Shown piece after piece: positions 30,490 to 38,852 of a stretch of DNA of 64,000 nucleotides. A model generated the notes under the pieces. That model was not told where the DNA came from. It ran no database searches and saw nothing but the letters and a program-made list of their open reading frames with translations. Source of the DNA: Candidatus Latescibacterota bacterium (GTDB lineage: Bacteria; Latescibacterota; UBA2968; GCA-2709665). How positions within the stretch are numbered: the stretch's first letter is position 1; the number at the start of each line of letters is the position of its first letter. A program made the translations under genes and the position numbers. Location: assembly GCA_965116875.1 (NCBI GenBank), contig OZ220733.1:1632001-1696000 (forward strand), in the 5' to 3' direction.

Positions 30490-31003
30490 GCAGTCAGCTA
30501 AACCCTGGAAGCAGCGATCAGCCGTCAGCGGTCAGCAGTTAGCTAAAGGCGAAAGGCAAAGTCCAAAGCAAACCATCCCCCCGGCCCCGCAGACCTCTCT
30601 CCCCGGCCCTCTCTCCTAAAGGAAAGAGGGAGGAAAACAGGTTTCGCGTGCCGGTCCTTGATAGACACTCTGATTTACAAGGAAACGCCGCCGGTTTTCC
30701 GCTCTCCTGACAGCCCGTTGAAAAAGTCCATCCGGGCTACGGCCGGCCCTTGCGGTCGAATTACTGCGTTGCGCTCCCTCGCCGAATCGAAAGATGGGAC
30801 TCGGTCGCGCGCCTTGTCTTCGACCACAATGGCTCGGCCTCGCCTGCAGAGCGACTTTCTCAACGGACTGCTAAGCAATCCGCTTCCATTCGATTCTTTC
30901 GAGAGTCCGATTGCAGAAGTGACAGACGTCAAAGTTACCGCTTCTTCTCCTTTTTCCTTCTTCCTTTTTCCTTCTTCCTTCAGGCAGGGGGCCAGGGGGT
31001 AGA
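30490..31003 (+). repeat. Mosaic intergenic repeat carrying a MITE
   Basis: 30647..31002 is a near copy of 29074..29423. Confidence 0.85.
30710..30872. mobile_element. MITE, copy 2
   Basis: Near-identical to 29137..29299 and at the same position within the host repeat. Confidence 0.8.
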
Positions 31004-31013
31004 TCTGCCCGCT

Positions 31014-31553
31014 CTAATGGTGTTCTTGCCCGTTGTCGCCGTGCTCTTTCTTCGCTTTGTGGTCGTCTTCCCCGCCTTCGCCGTGCCCATTTGCGCTCGG
31101 CCCCCCGATGCGCAGAATATGGCCGTCTTTGTCTGCGACGAGCATCTCCCGCGCCCCCCAGGGCTGGTCGACGGGCTTCTGCCTGATGTCCGCCCCCGCC
31201 CGAGCCAGCTTCTTGTGCAGTTCGTCCACATTTTCGACGCCGTAGTAGATCCAGACCGGCCGGGCGCCCTGCGCGTTCTCGCAGAGAAAGATGTTCACCT
31301 TGCCATTGGATATGGACGCAAAGGTCTTGTCCGCCACCTCGGAAGGCCAGTCCCAGTCCTTCTTGAAGCCGAGAACACTGGTGTATTGCGCGATGCTCGC
31401 TTCAACACTTTCGACGTTCAGAATCGGGGTGATCGCCGTGAACGCCGTCGATCCGGAAACGGAACCCTCGTCCCCACCCTCGTGTGCGACGGCGAAATGG
31501 CCGATGCCGACTGCGATTCCTGCAACGACTGCCGCGATTCCGCGACCTTTCAT
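31014..31553 (-). CDS. Secreted VOC/glyoxalase-bleomycin-resistance family protein with His/acid-rich tail
   Basis: Signal peptide, PILNVESVEASI.Y..VLGF, DQPWGAREMLVADKDGH; RBS gagga. Confidence 0.85.
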   Translation of the reverse strand: MKGRGIAAVVAGIAVGIGHFAVAHEGGDEGSVSGSTAFTAITPILNVESVEASIAQYTSVLGFKKDWDWPSEVADKTFASISNGKVNIFLCENAQGARPVWIYYGVENVDELHKKLARAGADIRQKPVDQPWGAREMLVADKDGHILRIGGPSANGHGEGGEDDHKAKKEHGDNGQEHH

Positions 31554-31655
31554 GGATTTCCTCCTTTGTGAGCAACAGCCCTTCGGTACTCGACGAAGTG
31601 CGGTGAGGCGTGCGCGGCCCCCCGTCCGCCACGCTGTTCATGCGTTCCAGGGTGG

Positions 31656-31672
31656 TGTCGCAAAATGCGACA
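31656..31672. promoter_or_regulatory. Perfect palindrome, probable enhancer/operator site
   Basis: tgtcgca-aaa-tgcgaca. Confidence 0.55.
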
Positions 31673-31735
31673 TACGTCGTGAATTGCAACGCATTCCGGT
31701 CTTCCTCTTTTGCAAATTCCCACTAAATCATTTAT

Positions 31736-31748
31736 AATCAAGTAGTTG
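31736..31748 (+). promoter_or_regulatory. IHF-binding site
   Basis: aatcaagtagttg matches WATCAANNNNTTR, with an AT-rich tract upstream. Confidence 0.55.
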
Positions 31749-31884
31749 AGTCCGAACGGTGCAACTGTTTCCGCTCCGCAGGGTGTTCTGACAGACGCAT
31801 TCTGCGACGATTCATGCGAGAAAGAGATCGTCCCCTTTAACGGTAACATATTGATATAAAATAATTTACATTGAAAAATTGAAA

Positions 31885-31901
31885 TCGGCACTGATTTTGC
31901 A
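31885..31901 (+). promoter_or_regulatory. Sigma54 promoter
   Basis: tcggcactgattttgca: GG-N10-GC with GGCAC and TTGCA. Confidence 0.7.
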
Positions 31902-32124
31902 CATTGGTTGAACCCCTCCCTCCGGCAGGATGGCGCGCGGTATCTCTCGTGAGATCCGCTTCCGCCCGCTTTCGTCGTATGCCGGGAATTCGCTTCCCGG
32001 CATTGGCAGCGGCGCACCCATCCGATGATGCGTCACATGCACGGCGACAGCGTCCTGAATCAAGGCGCGAACGTACGTTATGCGGCGCCAACAGGCAGAC
32101 GCTGAAGATCACGGGAGGGACTTA

Positions 32125-32829
32125 ATGCCGTCTTCCGGAAACGGACTGACGCAGCGGATGGCCGAACTCTTCCAGGAGTTACTCGAACGGGAACTGCAAA
32201 GCGTCAGACGGGCCGTCGAAGCACGCAGGATGGAACTGCTCGAAAACATCGGAACCAGGGAAACGGAATTGAACGATGACGACCAACTGGAAGCCCTGTT
32301 CGAACAATACAAAGCCGGCCTGGCGGAATCCGATCGACCGGCAAATCGGGTGCAGGAACGCCGCCTGTATACCCATTGGGAAGGCCGGCTCAGGTCGGAA
32401 CTGGGCGCCTGGAGAGTGGGGCTGGAAGAACTGGAAAAACGGAGCACCGACGACAATACGGTATTGACAAACGCGCGGAGCAAGGCCATGCGACTCCTGC
32501 TGCGTGAGACCCTGGTGGCGGTCAATCGAGGATGTATCAATGGACAGAAATCGGATAAGCGGGAATATGACAACCTTGCGGACTGTCTCATACCGATTGT
32601 TCAGGAAATGAAAAGGGGGAAAACCCATACCGAGGCGTTCCGTACCGTTGCGGAAAAACTGGGCGCCCGAAGAACGACCGTCGCTTCTGTATGTACACGA
32701 GGACTGGGCCTGACGACGGGACAATTCGTCGATCACGTCACGAGCGGCCGGATCGTCCAGGTTGTGAAGAAGAAATACCCCGAACAAATGGAACTGATCT
32801 GCCGGAAGTTGGCTTCGCTCTATTCTTAG
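32125..32829 (+). CDS. Hypothetical protein (coiled-coil N-terminus, possible HTH-like C-terminus)
   Basis: RBS ggagg before ATG 32125 and a protein-like composition; no recognised family. Confidence 0.65.
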   Translation: MPSSGNGLTQRMAELFQELLERELQSVRRAVEARRMELLENIGTRETELNDDDQLEALFEQYKAGLAESDRPANRVQERRLYTHWEGRLRSELGAWRVGLEELEKRSTDDNTVLTNARSKAMRLLLRETLVAVNRGCINGQKSDKREYDNLADCLIPIVQEMKRGKTHTEAFRTVAEKLGARRTTVASVCTRGLGLTTGQFVDHVTSGRIVQVVKKKYPEQMELICRKLASLYS

Positions 32830-32885
32830 CAGCCCGTTGAAAAAGTCCATCCGGGCTGCAGAGCGACATTATCAACGGACTGTTA
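32828..32885. mobile_element. Internally deleted MITE copy
   Basis: Both termini are joined directly: agcagcccgttgaaaaagtccatccgggctgcagagcgacattatcaacggactgtta. Confidence 0.75.
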
Positions 32886-32954
32886 GAGCTCTGTCCCGAC
32901 AATTCCTTATCATTCGACTGCCGACTCATCGCGTCTCGCTGAAACGTGCTCATT

Positions 32955-33172
32955 GCCTGTGCTGAGCTTGTCGAAGCAAGCATGCCTGCATTGAGCTTGT
33001 CGAAATGTCGAAATGCGCGCGTTTCAATATCCGTCGATGGCCACTCGATATCCCTTCGCCGACCCTTCGACAGCCCTTCGACAGGCTCAGGGTGGCAGCT
33101 CAGGGAGCGGCTCAGGTCTCACCCGCCGATTCCTGAGCCTGTCAAAGGCGCCGTCCTGAGCTTGTCGAAGGA
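32955..33172. repeat. Cluster of CTGAGCTTGTCGAAG-type REP-like modules
   Basis: At least six copies in both orientations, some apparently nested. Confidence 0.75.
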
Positions 33173-33284
33173 ACACGAGCCTGGCGACTCGGCGGTCGAA
33201 TCCAGGCAACTTATTTCCGTGACAGAACAACGCGTTCACCAATCCGTATGGTAATCGTATGACCCGCGGCCGCCGTGGCACACC

Positions 33285-34685
33285 CTAATTCTTCAGGGCT
33301 TCCATCCCGAAACGCTCCGCGGTATCCAGGGTTTCGCGTACGTCATCCCAGGTCGTACTGTGGTTGATGATACACAGCCTGAGCGAAAACGTCCCGTGTA
33401 GATTCGTCGAAGAAAAAAACGCCCGATCTTCCCAGAACACGCGCGCAAGCACGGTCCTGTTCATTTCCTCCAGCGCTTCCTCGGTGCGGCCCTCATTGCA
33501 TGGATTCACGCGAAAACAAACCACTCCAAGCGACACGGGCGTCAGAAGCTCCAGATTCGGACTCTCCTCGACATACGCTCCGGCGCGGCCGGCAAGCTCC
33601 ATCCCGTTCGATACGGCGCGCCGGAACGCCTCCATCCCGAACGTCTGCACCGACATCCAGATCTTCAGCGCGCGAATGGACCGGCTCAACTGCAGACCCC
33701 GGTCCGCGATGTTCGGATGGTTCGCGCCCCACACCGTATCCTGCAGGACATCCGGGTGCACGGCGAATACGCGCTCGAGGGCGCCGACGTCTTTCACCAG
33801 GAGGCATCCCGCCTCGTACGGCTGGAAGAACCACTTGTGGGCGTCCAGACCGACCGAGTCGGCGCGCGCGATTCCCTTCAGGAGACGCTTGCCCGCTTCG
33901 GTAACTGCCGCAAAACCGCCGTAGGCCGCATCCACGTGAAGCCAGATCCCTTCCGCTTCGCAGAAATCCGCCATCCCCTCAAGCGGGTCGATTGCCCCTG
34001 TGCTGCTGGTTCCCGCATTGGCGCAAACCGCTATCGGGTTGAAGCCCGCCGCACGGTCCTCGGCCACGGACCGCGCAAGCGCGTTCACGTCCAGCCGGAA
34101 CCGCTCGTCGCTGGGTATCATCCGAATGCATTCCGGCCGGACGCCTACGATCCTGGCCGCGCGGATGTGGGCGCTGTGGCTCTGGTCGCTCAGGTACACG
34201 GTCGGCCGATCCGGATGTCCGGCCGCTTCTCGCGCCGCGACAAACGCGTCCAGACTGGCGGCCGAACCTCCGCTGGTGAGCAGGCCGCCGGCGCTTTCCG
34301 GATAACCGATCCAGTTTCGCAGCCAGTCGATAACCACCAGTTCAAGCTGGCTCGGACCGCTGGCAACCAGCCAGGTGCAGACGTTATTGTTGAACCCCGC
34401 TGCCAGAAAGTCGGCAAGCACTCCCGGCCAGGTGGGTGATGACGGGATGAATCCGAAGCACCGTGGATGATCGAGCCGGGTCGCCACGGGAAGAATCTCC
34501 TTCGCGGCCTGCTCCATCACCTCCTCAGCGGGACGCCCCGCCTCGGGTGGCGGCGCCATCAGGCGGTCATCCAGTTCCTGGCGAAATTCACCGTCCCAGG
34601 CGCCCTCTTCGGGCAGGTTTTCGGCCCGCGCAACCAGGAGTTCGGCGGCTTTGCGCGCCAGTTCGAGCATGGCCTCGGGGGACAT
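33285..34685 (-). CDS. Group II PLP-dependent (aromatic amino acid-type) decarboxylase
   Basis: HPRCFGF, TSGGS, AGTSSTGAIDP, LHVDAAYGG, DAHKW. Confidence 0.92.
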   Translation of the reverse strand: MSPEAMLELARKAAELLVARAENLPEEGAWDGEFRQELDDRLMAPPPEAGRPAEEVMEQAAKEILPVATRLDHPRCFGFIPSSPTWPGVLADFLAAGFNNNVCTWLVASGPSQLELVVIDWLRNWIGYPESAGGLLTSGGSAASLDAFVAAREAAGHPDRPTVYLSDQSHSAHIRAARIVGVRPECIRMIPSDERFRLDVNALARSVAEDRAAGFNPIAVCANAGTSSTGAIDPLEGMADFCEAEGIWLHVDAAYGGFAAVTEAGKRLLKGIARADSVGLDAHKWFFQPYEAGCLLVKDVGALERVFAVHPDVLQDTVWGANHPNIADRGLQLSRSIRALKIWMSVQTFGMEAFRRAVSNGMELAGRAGAYVEESPNLELLTPVSLGVVCFRVNPCNEGRTEEALEEMNRTVLARVFWEDRAFFSSTNLHGTFSLRLCIINHSTTWDDVRETLDTAERFGMEALKN

Positions 34686-34898
34686 CTGGAGACCGCCGCA
34701 CTCGCCGTTGTTCTTTCTGTTATCGGATTCTATGGTGTCGTCTCGCTGTTCATCGTTTGCTCTCAGGGATTTCGCCTTAGTGCTGTCTTTTTCCGAATTT
34801 ACGCTGAGAGTCAGGATTGGAAAAGTTCATTTATTTGCACGAAATGAGTTGACATTTTCCAGAGAAACGGCCATATATATAACCACGGAGACGCAGAA

Positions 34899-35087
34899 TT
34901 GCAAACAAGAACGGAACGAATCAGGCGCCTCCTCGAAAACGATGGGTGGTACCTGGCACGTCACGGCTCCGGTCATGACATTTTTCGGCACTCTGACATC
35001 AGAGGGATCATTACCCTGCCGAGACACAGAACCGTATCCCCGGGCGTTGCCAGATCGATCGCAAGAAAAGCGGGCTGGACGGAATAA
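34899..35087 (+). CDS. hicA: HicA toxin
   Basis: LENDGW...GSGHDIFRH...ITLPRH...GVARSIARKAGW; TTGACA at 34849 upstream. Confidence 0.9.
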   Translation: MQTRTERIRRLLENDGWYLARHGSGHDIFRHSDIRGIITLPRHRTVSPGVARSIARKAGWTE

Positions 35088-35111
35088 TCAACATTTAGGG
35101 AGAACCGAAAT

Positions 35112-35498
35112 ATGGATCGATACCCTGCGTTAATTGATGGCGAAAAAGGCGCCTATGGGGTCACGTTTCCCGACCTTCCCGGAATCGTCGCTATGGGAAG
35201 CACCGTCGACGAGGCGCTGGTGAATGCCGAAGAAGCCCTTCGCGATTACGCAATCGAGGTCGAGAAGGACGGAGAGAAGATCTCGCTGCCAAGCGATTTC
35301 GAGCAGTTGGAGGTTCCGCGCGGGAATACGTTTGTGTCAGTCCCGTTAATCCGCGTAACAGGCCGCAACGTCCGCGCCCATATGACGCTGGACGAGGGCG
35401 TTGCGGCCTTTATTGACGGCGAGTCGCGAAGACGAGGCATGACCCGCAAAGCCTACGTTGAGTGGATCGTAAAGCGAATCGCGCAGGTTGGCGGATAG
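35112..35498 (+). CDS. hicB: HicB antitoxin with C-terminal RHH
   Basis: YGVTFPDLPG..AMG.T.DEA..NA.EAL; RAHMTLDEG...GMTRKAY. Confidence 0.92.
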   Translation: MDRYPALIDGEKGAYGVTFPDLPGIVAMGSTVDEALVNAEEALRDYAIEVEKDGEKISLPSDFEQLEVPRGNTFVSVPLIRVTGRNVRAHMTLDEGVAAFIDGESRRRGMTRKAYVEWIVKRIAQVGG

Positions 35499-35529
35499 GT
35501 ACCTGAAACCTGCAGTCGGTTGCCGACCC

Positions 35530-37050
35530 TTATTCGAAAACGACCAGCTCGCCGTCCCTGACAATCAACACGACCGGGTCGTAAACCGCGTCACCATTGT
35601 CGTCGAAGGAAAACGAGCCCAGGACGGTATCCAGATCCCGAGTCCCGGCCATCGCGACTCGAATGGCGCCCGCATCGGTTGACCCGGCCCGGGCGATGGC
35701 CTCCGAGAGAATGTAGAGGGCGGCATATGACTGGGCAGCCCACGTGCTCGGTTCGGAACCGTATCTCGCAAGATAGCCCGCCACAAAGGCTTCATTTCCG
35801 GGCGTGCCGGCAGCGCTCGACCAACTGACAAAAGAAATCGCGCCCTCGGCGGCATCACCCGCGGCTTCGACTTCCGCCGCGGTCATTACCGGAACCAGGA
35901 AGGGTATATTTGCGCCGATACCGGCCTCGCGGGCCTGGATCAGTATCCTGGATTGTTCGGCGCCCAGGGCCGAGACGAAGACGGCTTGCGGATTCAACGC
36001 CTTGATACGCGTCAATTGTTCTCCAAACGTGGTATCGCCCGTGGCAATCGTCTCTCTTGCCAGGACTTCGACGTCGATCTCGGCCAGCGTGATCCTTATC
36101 GACTCGTCACTGCTGCTCGAAAAGACGTCGGTACCATCCACAATGGTTGCCACTCTCCGATATCTCAGCTTTTCCTGCGTCTCCCTGACGGGGCCCGGGA
36201 TCAGCGCATCGACGTTCAGACCGGACCGGAATATGTAATCGCCGATCGCGCTCAGGCCTGCGGCGGTCGAGGTTGAACTGAATGCGACGACCTCTTTTTG
36301 CTGGGCAATCGGGAACGCCTCCCGGGCCGCCGTAGAGATTGCCGGACCGAGTATGACGGACACGCCGTCCTGATCGATCAGTTTGTTGAATGCGTCTACG
36401 GCGCCTGCGGCTGTTCCGCGGGAATCCTCTACGATGAAGTTGATGCCGGCGCCGCCGAGTCTGGACGAGTTGTTGATCTCTTCCCGTGCGAGGTCAAAGC
36501 CGTCTCTTGCGGGAAATCCGTAACGGGTCTGAGGTCCTGTCAGCGGCAGAACGACGCCGATGGCAATCTCCGCGGGGAGACCGCCCGATGCCAACCTGAT
36601 CGTACCCGCCGTGCTCGCCATGCCGCCAATCACCAGTTCGACGGTCGTTTCATTACCACCATTGACGGGAATGCTCGACCACGTTCCAAGCTGACTTCCG
36701 CCGCGCTTCGCGCGCGCGCGGTAGTAACCCGTTACCCGGACCCCTTCGATCTCAATCCTTGCCCGGCCGCGCGCGTTGGTCGTACCCGTCCATTCGTATT
36801 CCACAGCCCGCCCCGAAACGGATCTTCCGATTTCGAGGGTAACGCCGCTGACCGGCGCTTGATCCTGCATCACGCGAGCGTTCAGGACCGCCAGAGTCTG
36901 GGCCCCGCTCAAAGCCAGTTTGCCAAGCGGCTTTGCTACCCGATCTTCCGCATTCGGAGCAAGCGCCGGCGTCCTGCTTTCGCCACCGCAGCCCCATAGA
37001 ACTCCGGCAGCCAGCGCGACAAATATGGCTCCGCGTATCCCGCCGAACAT
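35530..37050 (-). CDS. Lipoprotein: N-terminal beta-sandwich domain plus LivJ-type substrate-binding domain (paralog 6, type A1)
   Basis: Lipobox LWGC, IGVVLPLTG, ILGPAIS, DYIFR, LGSFSFDDNGD. Confidence 0.88.
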   Translation of the reverse strand: MFGGIRGAIFVALAAGVLWGCGGESRTPALAPNAEDRVAKPLGKLALSGAQTLAVLNARVMQDQAPVSGVTLEIGRSVSGRAVEYEWTGTTNARGRARIEIEGVRVTGYYRARAKRGGSQLGTWSSIPVNGGNETTVELVIGGMASTAGTIRLASGGLPAEIAIGVVLPLTGPQTRYGFPARDGFDLAREEINNSSRLGGAGINFIVEDSRGTAAGAVDAFNKLIDQDGVSVILGPAISTAAREAFPIAQQKEVVAFSSTSTAAGLSAIGDYIFRSGLNVDALIPGPVRETQEKLRYRRVATIVDGTDVFSSSSDESIRITLAEIDVEVLARETIATGDTTFGEQLTRIKALNPQAVFVSALGAEQSRILIQAREAGIGANIPFLVPVMTAAEVEAAGDAAEGAISFVSWSSAAGTPGNEAFVAGYLARYGSEPSTWAAQSYAALYILSEAIARAGSTDAGAIRVAMAGTRDLDTVLGSFSFDDNGDAVYDPVVLIVRDGELVVFE

Positions 37051-37110
37051 AATAACCCTCCAGCGATTGTGGAAAAACACGACAGACAACCCTGACAATT
37101 GATCACGGCA

Positions 37111-38718
37111 TCATGGTACGAATCGATAGACCACGGGCAATTGGGAGGGATCGGTGACGCTCGTGTCGGTGTGGTGGTAGATATTGATGCGTCCGGTGCC
37201 GCAGTCGCCGAATTCATCGCAGGCGACGGTGCCGACGAGCGCCTGAAAACCGGACGTCGCGTGGAGTTCCCGTCGCAGCGCGTTGCGGTCCACGATCAGC
37301 GCTCCGTCCCTTGCAATCGCCACGGATTCGATGGCGCTGAGGAGCAGGGTCACGGCGTCGTAGGAATGCGCCCAGTACGGCGTGCCGGGAAATCCACCAT
37401 ACGCAGCGTCATACGCGGCCAGCGCCTCGTCCACGCTCCTGCCCGTAACCATATTGACATTCGAGCCGAGATCCGCCACCGGTCCGGCGGCGTACACGCC
37501 CTCGGACTGCGGCGAGGCGAGAAACTCCGAATCGAGCAGGGCGGCGCCCGTAATGAGGGTTACCCCTTCGAGACCGTCGAATTCCCTTGCCTGCTTCGCG
37601 AACGGCAGACCCTCCTCGTCGAAAAGCGGGAAGAAGATGGCATCTGGTCCCGCTTCCGCGAATTCCGTGAGAACGGAGGTCATGTCCGTTTGTCCTTTGT
37701 CTATCCGCGCGCTGACAGGTACCTCCCCTCCAACTTCGGCGAACGCATCGCGGAACGCGCTGACGAGGGCGGTGGTATAGGCGTCGCCGTCGTCGACCGC
37801 AACCATGCGCCTCAGGCCCAGTTCATTGTACGCGAAATCCGCGACGGCCCGGGCCTGATAGAGGTCGTTGATCGCAAGCCGGAAGTAACCGGGGTGATAG
37901 TCCGGACTTGCGTTGCCCGCCAGGTCGGACGTCAATCTCGGAGACGTATTGGAAGGCGAGATCATGACCAGACCGGCCGCGCTGATGACCGGTGAGGCCG
38001 CTACTGCCGCGCCGGAGCAGGAGGTGCCCACGACGCCCAGCACCCGCGAATCGGCGACAATCCGCTCTGCGCCCGACCGACCGCCCTCCGGCCCGCACAG
38101 GCCGTCTATCGGATCGCCGAGTTCAACGTTGCGGCCGTGTACGGTCCCATAGTCCCGGACGGCCAGCTCAACGGCCTTGCGCGAAGGATCGCCAAGCGAT
38201 GCCGCGATCGTGTGGGTGAGCAGCGAGCGGATGTGTACGGCCTGACCCTCGCGGAACGCAACCAGGGCCCGCTCATACGTACCCGTAACGCGCGCCGTTT
38301 CCCCAACCGGCAAATCGACGTCGGTTTGGTATCCACCGTTTATCGGTATACTGGACCACGATCCCAGAGCGCTTCCATTCAGCATCGCCCGGACCCGGTA
38401 GTAACCCCCCGGCCCGCCGATCTCCACCTTCGCCACACCGTTCGCGCCGGTCGTTCCCGACGCCTCGTAGTCCGCCGAACGCCCGGAAATGGAACGTGCG
38501 ATTTCCACGTTGGCCCCGCTTACCGGATTCTCCCCCTGCATTACCCGGGCCACAACCAGGGCGGGCGTGGTGTCTCCATCGACAGCCAGTTTACCCAGTG
38601 GCCGGCCGGTTGGTACGTCCGCCTCGGGTACCTGCGACGGGGTCAGGCGTTCACCCCCGCAACCCCAGGTTACGGCCGCGACAAGCGCATACAAGAAACT
38701 GCGAGAACCGGTAAACAT
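37111..38718 (-). CDS. Lipoprotein LivJ-type substrate-binding protein (paralog 5, type B)
   Basis: TWGC lipobox, DGLC, GTSCSGA, ISPSNTSP, CDEFGDCG. Confidence 0.88.
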   Translation of the reverse strand: MFTGSRSFLYALVAAVTWGCGGERLTPSQVPEADVPTGRPLGKLAVDGDTTPALVVARVMQGENPVSGANVEIARSISGRSADYEASGTTGANGVAKVEIGGPGGYYRVRAMLNGSALGSWSSIPINGGYQTDVDLPVGETARVTGTYERALVAFREGQAVHIRSLLTHTIAASLGDPSRKAVELAVRDYGTVHGRNVELGDPIDGLCGPEGGRSGAERIVADSRVLGVVGTSCSGAAVAASPVISAAGLVMISPSNTSPRLTSDLAGNASPDYHPGYFRLAINDLYQARAVADFAYNELGLRRMVAVDDGDAYTTALVSAFRDAFAEVGGEVPVSARIDKGQTDMTSVLTEFAEAGPDAIFFPLFDEEGLPFAKQAREFDGLEGVTLITGAALLDSEFLASPQSEGVYAAGPVADLGSNVNMVTGRSVDEALAAYDAAYGGFPGTPYWAHSYDAVTLLLSAIESVAIARDGALIVDRNALRRELHATSGFQALVGTVACDEFGDCGTGRINIYHHTDTSVTDPSQLPVVYRFVP

Positions 38719-38852
38719 GACAGGCACCTCCAATTTAAGATTCAACCGCAAAATGAACCCGTTGAATCAGTCAGATGGCTCGGGGACCGGCGTGGGAAGC
38801 CGGAAAGGAATCGTCTACGCGAAAACGGACACCGTACGTCGTTGACGCAAGA

